This document shows, in pieces, positions 40,346-52,223 of a DNA stretch of 64,000 nucleotides. A model generated the notes under the pieces. That model saw only the letters and a program-made list of their open reading frames with translations. It was not told the origin of the DNA and made no database searches. Position 1 is the first letter of the stretch; each line of letters begins with the position of its first letter. A program made the position numbers and the translations under genes. This stretch comes from Candidatus Latescibacterota bacterium (lineage in GTDB: Bacteria > Latescibacterota > UBA2968 > UBA8231): NCBI GenBank assembly GCA_965215195.1, contig CBDCDC010000002.1, positions 3,104,001 through 3,168,000 of the forward strand. Direction: 5' to 3'.

Positions 40346-40849
40346 TTAGTCGAAATTCTCAACTGGCTCCAGCTTGGCGGTTACTGACTCTTGCTCTCCA
40401 GCCTCGTCTGAGAAAGTTAGGATTGCGTAGATGGCTGTCGTCCCATCCTGAGCGGTGGATTCTTGGAGGGATACGTTTATCGTGGTCGATTCAAACTTGA
40501 ACATCGCTCCCGTGAAGAAGTCAATGGCCCAACTCGGTAAGCTGAGTAGGTTCAGGAATGTTACCTTGCTGACGCCTCCCTTTACGATGCCTACGGTCTT
40601 GGTCTCGTATCCTTCTAGGCTGATGGTTACGGCGTAGTCCTTGCCCTTGCGTAGCTTGGCAGTCATGGGAGTGTGGCCTTCGTCGACCAATACGCCCTTG
40701 TGCTTGATCTCGACTTTGGCATTGCCTGGGTACGAGTTTACACTCACTTCGTCGGATGTGCCCGTAAAGACTGTGGCACATCCTGATGCTGCTATGAGGA
40801 TGTATGTCGCTAAGAATCGGGATGCGTGAGCGATGCGTCTGCGTGTCAT
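40346..40849 (-). CDS. PEGA-domain lipoprotein
   Basis: Lipobox ASGC, SYPGNAKV..GHTP..LEGYE, AIDFFTGA. Confidence 0.7.
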   Translation of the reverse strand: MTRRRIAHASRFLATYILIAASGCATVFTGTSDEVSVNSYPGNAKVEIKHKGVLVDEGHTPMTAKLRKGKDYAVTISLEGYETKTVGIVKGGVSKVTFLNLLSLPSWAIDFFTGAMFKFESTTINVSLQESTAQDGTTAIYAILTFSDEAGEQESVTAKLEPVENFD

Positions 40850-41091
40850 AGGTTCTCTCCTATGGATTATGTGAGCAATTAGGCGACCCTAGGGTGCCGG
40901 GTAGTTGCTCACAATCACGCAGACTAGTGCGGGAAGGTTCCTGCCTATTCGCCAAATCAAGGAGCGACCTTGATTTTTTTCTCGGCTATTGTATTCAACA
41001 GGCCACCCGACGCAGGGCGGTCTGCTATGATTGTGAGCGACGGTAAAGATATAACTTCTAAAGAAAATGACAAGCCCTTGAGGAGTGCTCC

Positions 41092-41931
41092 ATGATCGTC
41101 GATACCCATGTACACATCTGGGAAATGTCCGACAAATATCCCATCGGACCCACCGCCCCCAACTGGACCTCCGAGCCGGACGAACCCGCCACGGCCGACG
41201 AACTGATCGAGGACATGGACCAAAACGGCGTTGAGCGCAGCGTCTTGGTGCAGACTAGCTGGTCCACCTGGGACAACGGCTATATCGCCGATTCGCAGGC
41301 CCGTTTCCCCGACCGCTTTATCGGCCACGGCATGATTGACCCGCAAAACCCAGACAACGCCGCGCAGGTGCGCTACTGGATGGAGGAACGCGGCTTGGTG
41401 GGTTTCCGCTTCCATCCCATGTACTACCCGGACGAGCGCGTCCTGACCACGCCCCAAAACCGCCCCTTGTGGGAAGTCCTCGACGCAATGGGCGCTGTCG
41501 TCCAGTTCCATCTCAACGCCGCTTGCGCCGATCAAGTAGCTGCAATCGCCCGCCGCCACCCCCAGATGCCCCTGCTATTGGACCACATGGGCTATCCCAA
41601 TCTCGACGAGCCCGCCGCGGCTTTTCAGCCTATCGTCGAGTTAGCTGGCTTCGACAATGTGGCGGTGAAAATATCGGATGTCCACGGCCGCTCAAAGCAG
41701 GCTTTTCCCTATGCCGACGTGCATCCCTTCATCCAGCGTCTGCACCACGCCTTTGGGGCCGAGCGCATGCTGTGGGGCACCGGCTATCCGGGGCACCACC
41801 GCACCAAGCACAACTGGCCGACCCTAGCCGAAGAGTTGCGCCTAGTGCAGGAGGGTTTCGACTTTCTCAGCCAGCGCGAAAAGGACCAAATGCTAGGCGG
41901 TACGGCCGCCCGCATATGGGGACTGACCTGA
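41092..41931 (+). CDS. Amidohydrolase family protein
   Basis: DTHVHIW, LDHMG, FGAERMLWGT. Confidence 0.88.
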   Translation: MIVDTHVHIWEMSDKYPIGPTAPNWTSEPDEPATADELIEDMDQNGVERSVLVQTSWSTWDNGYIADSQARFPDRFIGHGMIDPQNPDNAAQVRYWMEERGLVGFRFHPMYYPDERVLTTPQNRPLWEVLDAMGAVVQFHLNAACADQVAAIARRHPQMPLLLDHMGYPNLDEPAAAFQPIVELAGFDNVAVKISDVHGRSKQAFPYADVHPFIQRLHHAFGAERMLWGTGYPGHHRTKHNWPTLAEELRLVQEGFDFLSQREKDQMLGGTAARIWGLT

Positions 41932-41974
41932 CCTTTGCAAGTTTGTTCGTACCCAATCCACAAGGAAGGCCCGC

Positions 41975-43492
41975 ATGACATTGGACACCAGCGACCAAAA
42001 CATATACCAAGCCATCGGCGTCGAACCCATCATCAACTGCCGCGGCACGTTTACCATCATCGGCGGCTCGGTCGAACTCCCCGAAGTTGTAGCGGCCATG
42101 GAAGCGGCCTCGGGCTACTTCGTCCAATACGACGAACTGGCCGAAGCCGTCGGCCAAAGGCTGGCTGAAATCACTGGGGCCGACTGGGGCCTGATTCCGG
42201 CGGGCTGCGCCGCTGGCCTCAAGCACATCACGGCAGCTTGCGTCACCGGCGGCAATCCCGAAAAGCTGATCCGCATCCCGGATTTGACCGGCCTAGACAA
42301 AACCCAAGTCGTCATTCCCCGGTACGCGCGCAATGCCTACGACCACGCCGTGCGCAGCATTGGCGTCGAAATTGTCATGGTCGAGACCCGGGCCGAACTC
42401 GAGCGGGCCATCAATCCCCGCACCGCCATGATCTACATAACCACCGGGGCCGGCTCTGCCACCGGCCAGCCGCTTTCCCTAGAGGTCATTGCCGACGTGG
42501 CCCGGCCGCACAAAATTCCCATCCTCGCCGATGCCGCGGCCGAAGACCTCACCATTCCCAATGTCCATTTGCAAAGGGGTGCCACGGCCGTGGCCTACAG
42601 CGGCGGCAAAGCCCTGTGCGGGCCTCAGTGCGCCGGCTTGGTGCTGGGCGACAAAGCCTTGTTGCAGTCGGCGTGGCAATTCAGCTCACCGCACCACGGG
42701 CCGGGCCGCGACGATAAAATCGGCAAGGAGGAGATCATGGGGATGCTGGCGGCGGTGGAAGCCTGGGTGCGCCGCGACCACGCGGCCGAGTGGCAGACTT
42801 GGCTGTCCTATCTCGACCATATCGCCCAGCGAGTGCGCCGCATTGACAGCGTATGGACCGAGGTCGCATACCCCACCGGCCTGTCCAACCGCGCCCCGGT
42901 CCTCACCATTAGTTGGGACCCAGCGGCCTTGCACATTACCGGCGCAGAGGTCGCCGAGGATTTTGCCCGCAACAAACCCCGCATTGCCGTGGCCAGCGGC
43001 AATGCCAACGGCCGCACCTCCATCGGCATCACGCCCAACCAGATGCAGCCGGGCAACGACCGAGTGGTCGCCGAGCGGATCCACCGCATCTTATCCGCGC
43101 AACGCAGTCCTCAATCGACCGAACTAGCCCCTCCGGCAACCGATGTCAGCGGTGCTTGGGACCTCACCATCAACTATTCGAGCAGCAGCAGCCAGCACCA
43201 GCTATTCCTCGAACAGGAGGGGCATTGGATCGGCGGCACCCACATAAGCGATTTTTCCCAGCAGCAAATTGTCGGCGTCATTGAGGGCGACCAGGTAACG
43301 CTGCGCAGCGAAGTGCGGCGGCCGGGCGATACCATCCCCTTCCTGTTTGCCGGCCGCGTTGCAGAAGACCGCCTTTCGGGATTCATTCACCTAGGCGAAT
43401 ACCGCAACGCCGATTTCACGGCCTGCCGCTCCCAGTACGCAAAATCGCCGATCTCTATTAGCATACCCGGCGGAGCACCGCTGGCCACCTAA
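41975..43492 (+). CDS. SelA-like PLP-dependent enzyme with C-terminal extension
   Basis: INCRGTFTIIGGS, DAAAE, YSGGKALCGPQ, KIGKEEI. Confidence 0.82.
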   Translation: MTLDTSDQNIYQAIGVEPIINCRGTFTIIGGSVELPEVVAAMEAASGYFVQYDELAEAVGQRLAEITGADWGLIPAGCAAGLKHITAACVTGGNPEKLIRIPDLTGLDKTQVVIPRYARNAYDHAVRSIGVEIVMVETRAELERAINPRTAMIYITTGAGSATGQPLSLEVIADVARPHKIPILADAAAEDLTIPNVHLQRGATAVAYSGGKALCGPQCAGLVLGDKALLQSAWQFSSPHHGPGRDDKIGKEEIMGMLAAVEAWVRRDHAAEWQTWLSYLDHIAQRVRRIDSVWTEVAYPTGLSNRAPVLTISWDPAALHITGAEVAEDFARNKPRIAVASGNANGRTSIGITPNQMQPGNDRVVAERIHRILSAQRSPQSTELAPPATDVSGAWDLTINYSSSSSQHQLFLEQEGHWIGGTHISDFSQQQIVGVIEGDQVTLRSEVRRPGDTIPFLFAGRVAEDRLSGFIHLGEYRNADFTACRSQYAKSPISISIPGGAPLAT

Positions 43493-43631
43493 GCGGTCAC
43501 TAGTCGCCAGAAACAACGAGGGGTCGGACTACCCAGAACTGGTAGCCGTGTGAAGGGCTCAATTAGTGTCTAGCAGAAATCCGCTCACCCTGTGTCTCCA
43601 GACGCGAATGGGATTTCCCGAGGGATGGCGC

Positions 43632-44005
43632 ATGATCCTCGACTCCTCGGCGATCGTCGCCATCCTGCTCCGGGAGCCGGAGCACGAAGCCCTTCGGTCC
43701 AAGATCGCCGCCGCGCAGGCACACCTACTCTTCTCGAAACCGCCATTGTGCTGTCAGCTCGCCTTGAACGCAACGCTCAGGGGACTCTTGATCGGTTCAT
43801 ACAGGAGACCGACACCATCGCAATTCCATTCAGTCAGGCCCACTGCTCCGCGGCCCATCAGGCTTGGCTCAGCTACGGCAAAGGGCGTCATCCGGCGGCA
43901 CTCAACTTCGGGGATTGCGCCACCTACGCTACCGCCCAACTCGCTGGCGAGCCGCTCCTCTGCACGGGGGACGACTTCTCGCAGACGGACCTCGAACTCG
44001 CCTGA
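43632..44005 (+). pseudogene. Frameshifted VapC (PIN) toxin
   Basis: MILDSSAIVAIL in one frame; TLLET..YGKGRHPAALNFGDC..GDDFSQTD in another; shift near 43715. Confidence 0.85.
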
Positions 44006-44318
44006 TTCAGTCAGGGCGGCGACCTGACAGGCCGGTTAACGGACTCCTCATTCCGTCGTACTTCACAAATATCCCTCTCCCAATATCCTCTCTCAAGCTC
44101 GCCAGACAAAGGCACTTGAGCATCCCCGCCAGCAGTAGTCCGTAATTCTCGTCCAACCGATAGCCCTCCTTATTTTGCACCAACAGCCCGGCCTCAATCA
44201 GTTTGCCAAGCACATCCGTCAGTGCCTGCGAGGACTCGGCCAATTAGCGCGTTTGCCCAGTTGTCGGCATTGAGGAACGCGAAAGTAGGTCAACTGCTGG
44301 TTGAGCTTTTCCCTTACG

Positions 44319-45719
44319 TCAGAGAAGCGGGCGCTCGTGGCTCCAGGAGGCGAGCTGCTCAAAGGCGCGGGCGGCGCGCAACACGGTGAGGTCCTGCCGC
44401 CAGCCGCCGATGATTTGCAGGCCCACGGGCAGGCCATCGACGCGGCCGCAGGGCACACTCGCAGCGGGCAGGCCGGTGAGGTTCACTGGGTAAGTGAAGG
44501 CCGTCCAGCTCAGGTACGTGGTATCGCGGCCGGCGATCGAACCGGGGTGATCGTCGCCGGCGGCAAAGGCGGTGACCGGCAGGGTCGGCGTCAACAGCAG
44601 GTCGTAGTTCTCGTAGAACTGCCGCCATTGGTGATAATACGCGTTGCGTTCTATGTAGGCATTGGCCACGTCCGTGCCGCGGAATTCGAACCCCTCTTCG
44701 ACGACGGTGCACAAGCCGGGATCGAGGCGATCGGCGATCTGGTCGAACTGGTCGCGGAAGGTGGCGGCGAAGGCCGTTGACCACAGGATGTGGATGAGAC
44801 GCCACGGATCTTCACCGGCCGGGTGCGCCTCCTCAAGGGTGCAACCGAGATCCGAGAAGCGCCGGGCGGCCGCTTGTGCGGTCTCGACGACCTCGACATC
44901 GACAGCCGCGTACCCGAGATCGGACGACCAAGCCACGCGCAGCCCGTCCACGCCGGTTTCGATCTCATCAAATGCCAACGGTGCGGCCGGCATTGAGGTG
45001 CGATCCCGCACATCGGGACCGACCATGACGTCGAGCATCCGCACGGCGTCGCCAACGGTGCGGGTGATCGGCCCGGCGTGGGACAGGGTCTCCACCACGC
45101 TGGCCGGGTACTGGGGGATTCGTCCCCAAGAGGGTTTGAAGCCAAAGGCGCCCGAAAAGCCGGCCGGGATGCGGATCGAGCCAGCGCCGTCCGTGCCCTG
45201 GGCCAGTACGCCCATGCCAGCGACCACGGCCGCGGCCGCTCCGCCGCTGGAGCCGCCCGGTGTGCGTCCGTGCCGCCAGGGGTTGTGGGTTGGTCCGACG
45301 ACGCGATTACCCGAATCTCCCTTCCAGCCGAGCTCCGGCGTGTTCGTCTTGCCGACCAGCACCATGCCGGCGTCGCGCAGGCGTTCGGCGAGGGGCGCGT
45401 CGAAGTCCGGGATCCAGTCGGCGGTCAGCAGCGACCCCCGGGTGGTGCGGATCCCGCGCGTCGCCGTCAGATCTTTCAGCGAGCCGGGGATGCCGGCCAA
45501 AGGAGGCGGGTCCTCGGCACCGGCAAAGGCGGCTTCGGCGGCGCGCGCCTCGGCCAAGGCCCGCTCCGGCGCAATCGTGATGAAGGCGTTGAGCCTTGGG
45601 TCGAGCGATTCGATTCGGCGCAGCACAGCCTCGGTGACCTCCACCGGAGACAGCTCGCGGCACTCGTACAGGCGGCGCAGTTCGACGCCGGAGAGATAGC
45701 ACAGATCGGTGTCGTTCAT
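44319..45719 (-). CDS. Amidase signature family protein
   Basis: GKTNTPE, GGSSGG, GTDGAGSIRIP. Confidence 0.92.
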   Translation of the reverse strand: MNDTDLCYLSGVELRRLYECRELSPVEVTEAVLRRIESLDPRLNAFITIAPERALAEARAAEAAFAGAEDPPPLAGIPGSLKDLTATRGIRTTRGSLLTADWIPDFDAPLAERLRDAGMVLVGKTNTPELGWKGDSGNRVVGPTHNPWRHGRTPGGSSGGAAAAVVAGMGVLAQGTDGAGSIRIPAGFSGAFGFKPSWGRIPQYPASVVETLSHAGPITRTVGDAVRMLDVMVGPDVRDRTSMPAAPLAFDEIETGVDGLRVAWSSDLGYAAVDVEVVETAQAAARRFSDLGCTLEEAHPAGEDPWRLIHILWSTAFAATFRDQFDQIADRLDPGLCTVVEEGFEFRGTDVANAYIERNAYYHQWRQFYENYDLLLTPTLPVTAFAAGDDHPGSIAGRDTTYLSWTAFTYPVNLTGLPAASVPCGRVDGLPVGLQIIGGWRQDLTVLRAARAFEQLASWSHERPLL

Positions 45720-45873
45720 ATTTCTATGGATCCGAAAGCACCACTTCTCGCCCAAGGCGGGACGACTCCATGTACGCCGTCACCGATGATTCCGACTTCG
45801 TGCATCTTATCCTCGATTTGAAAGGATAGGAGTATAAACGGGCATTTGCGCTGGCGAGTTTGGGTGTAATCCC

Positions 45874-46815
45874 CTACGGTTTCTGGGCTCCCCTCGTCTC
45901 GACGTACACCGAGAACAGCGACTGCGAACAGGTGATGAACAGTCTGTTCTTTTTTGCGCCGCCGAAGCAGAGGTTGGCGCAGGGTGCCGGCAGGTGGATC
46001 TTGCCGATCAAGGTGCCGTCGGGGGCAAAACAATGCACCCCGTCGTAGCCCTCGCCCCCCCAGCAGGCCCCCGACCACAGGTTGCCATCCACATCAGTGC
46101 GAATCCCGTCCGACGAGCCGGGCTCCATGTCGGCGAAGACGCGCCCATTGGCGATGCGGTCGCCGTGGACGTCGAAAACGCGGATGTGGGTGGGGTATTC
46201 GGGGCCGTCGGAACGCCCGGTATCGACGATGTAGAGCAGGGACTCGTCCGGGCTGAAGCAGAGGCCGTTTGGCCGCCGGAAGTCTCCTGCCACCACTGTT
46301 GCTTCCCCAGCGTTTGGGTCGAGACGGTACACGTTGGCCTCATTCTCGAACGCATCCCGATGCCCCTCGTAGTTTAGCAGAATGCCGTACCCAGGGTCCG
46401 TGAACCAGATCGATCCATCCGACTTCACCACGATGTCGTTGGGGGCATTCAAGGGCTTGCCCTCAAACTGGTCCATCAACACGGTGATCGAACCGTCGTA
46501 TTCCGTCCGGGTGACTCGGCGCGCGTCGTGTTCGCACGACAACAAGCGTCCCTCGCGGTCGCGCGTGTTGCCGTTGGTGTTGTTGGATGGCTTGCGGAAG
46601 ACCGAGACGGCTCCGGTCTCTTCTTCCCACTTGAGAATGCGGTTGTTGGGGATGTCGCTGAACAGTACATAGCGGCCGTCGCCAAACCACACCGGGCCTT
46701 CGAGCCAGCGGCCGCCGGTCCAGAGCATTTCGAGGGCGGCATTGGCCAGCTTGTACTTGGCGAAGCGCTCGTCGAGCACTTCAATGCGGCAGTCTGGATA
46801 CCTCACAACAGTCAT
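45874..46815 (-). CDS. SMP-30/gluconolactonase family
   Basis: EGPVW, LNAPND, PNGLCFSPDE, DGIRTDVDGN. Confidence 0.92.
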   Translation of the reverse strand: MTVVRYPDCRIEVLDERFAKYKLANAALEMLWTGGRWLEGPVWFGDGRYVLFSDIPNNRILKWEEETGAVSVFRKPSNNTNGNTRDREGRLLSCEHDARRVTRTEYDGSITVLMDQFEGKPLNAPNDIVVKSDGSIWFTDPGYGILLNYEGHRDAFENEANVYRLDPNAGEATVVAGDFRRPNGLCFSPDESLLYIVDTGRSDGPEYPTHIRVFDVHGDRIANGRVFADMEPGSSDGIRTDVDGNLWSGACWGGEGYDGVHCFAPDGTLIGKIHLPAPCANLCFGGAKKNRLFITCSQSLFSVYVETRGAQKP

Positions 46816-46823
46816 GGCAGCTC

Positions 46824-47672
46824 CTAAACGCGGCGGAATTTCTGCACCCTATTGTGCAGAGTGGCTACTTCACCGATGTACAGCGAGCCTTCCTCATCTA
46901 CCCAAATGCTGTGCGGGGAGTCGGCGAATTGACCCGGGGCCGAGCCGTCCTCGCCCCAGCGGGCCAGTAGGTGTCCTTCTAGGTCGAAGATGCTGACGCG
47001 CGATGGGGCCTCGACTATGTACACTGTATTGTCCGGGGTGATAAAGAGGTCCATGGGCGTTACCAAGTCGCTCCATTCGTCCAAGTAGCGGCCCCCGGAG
47101 TCAAAGCGCTGGATGCGGTTGTTTTCGCGGTCAACGGCCCAGACGCGTTCATCGCGGTCAACCCACAGGCTGTGGGGCAGGGCGAATTGACCCGGACCGG
47201 TGCCCGCGGAGCCCCACGAATGGAGCAATGCTCCCGCAGCCGAAAAGCGGTGGATGCGGAATTGGCCGTACCCGTCGGCCACGTACAAATCCCCGGAAGG
47301 GCCGCGCATGGCTTTAGTGGGCTGGTTAAAGGGCTGGTCGGGTGCGCCCGGCACTTTAGGTGTGCCCCAAGTGTTGACCAGTTCTCCCTGCGGATTGAAG
47401 CAGCGGATGGTGTGGCTGTCGGTGTCGGCCGCGTACACTTGGTCCTCGCCGTCAACCCACAGGAGGTGGGGGTTGGCCAGCAGGTCGGCACCCCAAGTGT
47501 CGAGATAGGCCCCATCGCGGTCATAGACCAGCAGGGCGGGGGGGTGACGGCGGGCCACAAAGACCCGGCCTTGGGCATCGGCAGCCACTCCGGGCACGAC
47601 GCCGCCCATGGGGCGGCCTTGGGGGCCTAGGCCCCAGTGTGCGACGACTTCGTAATTATAGGTAGCGCTCAT
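46824..47672 (-). CDS. NHL-repeat protein (PAL-like)
   Basis: FNQPT, YVADGYG, GPGQFALPH, DRENNRIQ. Confidence 0.85.
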   Translation of the reverse strand: MSATYNYEVVAHWGLGPQGRPMGGVVPGVAADAQGRVFVARRHPPALLVYDRDGAYLDTWGADLLANPHLLWVDGEDQVYAADTDSHTIRCFNPQGELVNTWGTPKVPGAPDQPFNQPTKAMRGPSGDLYVADGYGQFRIHRFSAAGALLHSWGSAGTGPGQFALPHSLWVDRDERVWAVDRENNRIQRFDSGGRYLDEWSDLVTPMDLFITPDNTVYIVEAPSRVSIFDLEGHLLARWGEDGSAPGQFADSPHSIWVDEEGSLYIGEVATLHNRVQKFRRV

Positions 47673-47893
47673 GGCATCCCTCGCGGTTAGGGGGAAAGGC
47701 CAAATATGATAGACAATACGGACGGCGGCCTGCAATAGGCACAGAGCAGCTTGAATGCGTAAGACAGAAAAGAAGCGGCCAATCATAGCGGGGTAAGCGA
47801 TGAAGACGTACTATCTGCAAACGGCCGACCCGGTGTAGCGGTCAGAGGAATCGCGAGGTCATGCGCAAACAAAAACGCAACGGAGGAGAGAGC

Positions 47894-48700
47894 ATGAAAC
47901 TAACAGACAATCACTTGCAGACCTTTGTAGAACAGGGCTTCGTAGTAGTAGAAAATTTCTATCGCGAGGAACGCCGGGCCCAGATCGCCGCGGCCATCCG
48001 CCGAACCCTCCTCCCTTGGGAAGCACTCGCCGACGATCCGCCCGCAGAGAGGCTCCTAAAGGACGACTTTCCCTACGCCGATATGTTCTTCAATGAATTC
48101 ATCATCGACTGGGATCTCATCGAGTTCGTCCAGCGAGCCCTCGACACCGTGGACATCCACTTTCGCTATGCTCACAACTGGGCGCGCTACCCCGACCCCG
48201 AAGCTGTGCAGCCAGACTTGCACATCGACAATGGCAACAACTCGCTCCTGCCCCCCACATCCGACCGGCGCTACGGACAGATCAGCACTTGGTACTTTCC
48301 CGAAGCTGTACGAGAAAACCAAGCGCCGATGCAGATCGTGCCCAAGCCCTATGGCCGGGATCTGAGCAAGCGGGTTTTGCTGACGGTACCGGCGGGCACG
48401 CTCATGATCTTCAACACCCATTTGTGGCACTCGGCAACCATCTTCAAGGGCCGCGAGGGGCAGCGCTATTCCGCCACCCGAATCTACGGCCGCGCCGACC
48501 ACTACTGGGAGGGCGTGAGCAGCTTTACCAATCGGGGGATGAACGAGCACTTCAGGGCTTTTATCGGTCGGCTATCGGCGCGCGAACGGGAACTTTTCCG
48601 CTTTCCGCCCGCCGGCCACGAATACTACACCCAAGAGACGCTGGCCCGCCTCGAAGAGCAGTATCCGGGCTGGAATGCGCGCGGAGAGTACGACTTATGA
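47894..48700 (+). CDS. Phytanoyl-CoA dioxygenase-like protein
   Basis: FVEQGFVVVENF, LHID, PAGTLMIF..LWHSA. Confidence 0.8.
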   Translation: MKLTDNHLQTFVEQGFVVVENFYREERRAQIAAAIRRTLLPWEALADDPPAERLLKDDFPYADMFFNEFIIDWDLIEFVQRALDTVDIHFRYAHNWARYPDPEAVQPDLHIDNGNNSLLPPTSDRRYGQISTWYFPEAVRENQAPMQIVPKPYGRDLSKRVLLTVPAGTLMIFNTHLWHSATIFKGREGQRYSATRIYGRADHYWEGVSSFTNRGMNEHFRAFIGRLSARERELFRFPPAGHEYYTQETLARLEEQYPGWNARGEYDL

Positions 48701-48742
48701 GCGACGAAAGAACCGATCTCCCCGCCGCGGATAGCACCATTT

Positions 48743-49010
48743 TTTGAACAATGCGATTTCCAACTTCCACGCCGCAACGTTCTCGGTTACACCGGTATAG
48801 CCCTCAACGGTGTGCTGGTGGAAGGCAGTGCCGCCAAAGGCCCCAAACCACAGTAGGCATAGTACCCTCGGCGGGATGAGTACAAAAATGGTGAATTCGC
48901 GCACTGTGCGGCCCTTGGAAATGCGGGCGATGAACGTGCCGACGAAGGGGGGGCCAAGCAAACCACCATGCCCAGTAGAATGTCGTCCGATCGTGCAGGA
49001 AATCCACATC
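48743..49010 (-). pseudogene. Internal fragment of a BCCT (betaine/choline/carnitine) transporter, frameshifted
   Basis: TFYWAWWFAW then frame change to PFVGTFIARISKGRTVREF..WFGAFGGTA. Confidence 0.8.
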
Positions 49011-49144
49011 CGCGCGCCCTACCCAGTTGCTGGGTACTCCTCGTCATCCGGCAGTTGGGGTTGTTTTTTATCTCCATTCGTCGGCAACATGGCCTGATGT
49101 GGCCTTCCTTTCTGCGGCATTGTTGCTTCGGAGCAACGCCTATT

Positions 49145-50442
49145 TCAAAAGCGGATGGTAAAGCGGGTCGGGTCGGCCGCCGGGCTTTCTAAAGAAAAGG
49201 CAAAACCGTGCCGACTCAAAATCTCCTGCACCAACGTCAGGCCGAGACCCCGTCGGTTTTCCTTGGTACTGAAAAACGGCGTGAACAGGCTCTCGGCCAC
49301 TTCCGGGTCGATCCCCGTACCCGTATCCTCGACCACGGCAAAGGGCCGGTCTTGGAGCTGCCCCAAGCGAATCGTTATCCGGCCGTCCTCGCCAATGGCC
49401 TCCACCGCATTTTTCAGGATATTGACAAACACCTGCTCCATTTGGTTTTCGTCCATGGGGATGCGTTTCAGGTCTGCCTGAACGTCCCAATTCCACTTGA
49501 TGTTGCGGCGTTCGCACTCGGCGTGCATCAGCAGGGCGATGTCGCGCAACAGGGCTTCGAGGTCCACGGGCTGCAAGTGTGGTGCCGGCAGTTTGACCAC
49601 CTCGGCGAAGCTGCGCATGAAGGCGCTGAGATGATCGATGCGGTCAATGGCCACTTGCAGGGCGTTTTCAAAATCGCCGCGGTCGGCTTCCCGCAATTGT
49701 CCCTTGTAGTTGAGGCAGGAGTGCAGCAGGGAATGGACCGCCCCGGTTGAATTGTTCACCTCGTGTGCCAACAGGCGAATGACTTTCTCGTAGGCGGCCT
49801 TCTCCGACAGGCGCAATTCCTCGGTCAATTCCTCCATGAGGATAAAGCTGCGTGGGAATCCCCGGTCCAAAAACTGCGCCTTGTGGCAGCGCACCCGCAG
49901 CCCTTGCAGCGGCAGCACCTGGGACTCGCCGACAGCCAAGTCGTGCAAGGCGCGGGCAAATGCCGTTCCCAAATCGTCCAATGGCCGGTCAAGTGCCGCG
50001 CTTTCGGCCAGTCCTAACAGGCGGCTAGCACTGGGATTGACTAGGGCGACTTTGTCGTCGAAGTCGAGGGTGATAACGCCCGATGGCGAGGCCGTCAGGA
50101 TCTTGTCCATGAAGTAGTGCTGTTCCTGCAGCCGTGTGCGCTCTTCGCGCAATTGGTCGATCATGCGGTTGTACACGCGCACGAGCTGATCCATTTCCGG
50201 CTGGCCCACTTCGACGAACTTGCTGGTGAAATCGCGCTCACCGATGAGTTCGGCACCCGTGCGGATCAGATCGAGCGGCACCCAAAAATGCTGGATCAAG
50301 CGCACACCGATCGCAAAAGACAGGACGAAGAATGCTTCAATCCCCAATAACCAAGGCTTTTCCTCTCTCAACAGGTACCCAGCAAGCCCCGCGAAGACGA
50401 GGTGAATACCGATCAGATAGAGGATGAGTTTGGAACGCAGGC

Positions 50443-50446
<4 letters not shown>
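49145..50446 (-). CDS. PAS-domain sensor histidine kinase
   Basis: LAHEVNN, NILKNAVEA, DTGTGI, PFFSTK, GLGL. Confidence 0.93.
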
Positions 50447-51813
<1,367 letters not shown>

Positions 51814-51881
51814 CGCTTGGTCCTTGGTTGCATTTATCACGGATCAAATGAAGTTCGAGCCTCCCCACCTGTCGCAAGCTG

Positions 51882-52131
51882 TCATATTCCCGCCAGTTTT
51901 TCGTGGTCGGTTTGAGCAGCGGACCTATAGGCATTGGCCTGCGAGGGGGTTCGGAATTCTCGGTTTGATTCTCGTTCCTGACGCCTGAGATCCTCGCATA
52001 TTGCGTGCAGATCAAAATTAAACTGCTCTGCATAAGCGCGGCTAATCTGACGTATTTCGTTCACAATTGGGTCATCAATCATCTTCGACCTCCAGTAATT
52101 CTTCGGGTGTACAGAGGATAGGAGGAGCATA
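51882..52131 (-). pseudogene. C-terminal remnant of a PIN-type toxin (52075-52131) and its 66-aa downstream partner ORF (51882-52082)
   Basis: YAPPILCTPEELLE stop overlaps MIDDPIVNEIRQI..FNFDLHAICEDLR, a pair I recognise from PIN loci. Confidence 0.55.
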
Positions 52132-52223
52132 TTTTTTTGCGGCTTCCGGGTCGCCGCCCGAACATTCGCGGACTACTAGTTGGGAGACAAATAAGTTGAA
52201 TCGCTGGGCCGCGGTTGACCACC

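Noticed and set aside
41975-43492. True selenocysteine synthase selA
   Set aside because: Matches the broader SelA-like family; no selB, selC or selD nearby.
44007-44243. 78-aa minus-strand ORF
   Set aside because: Possibly a gene remnant, but I recognise no family, so it is not annotated.
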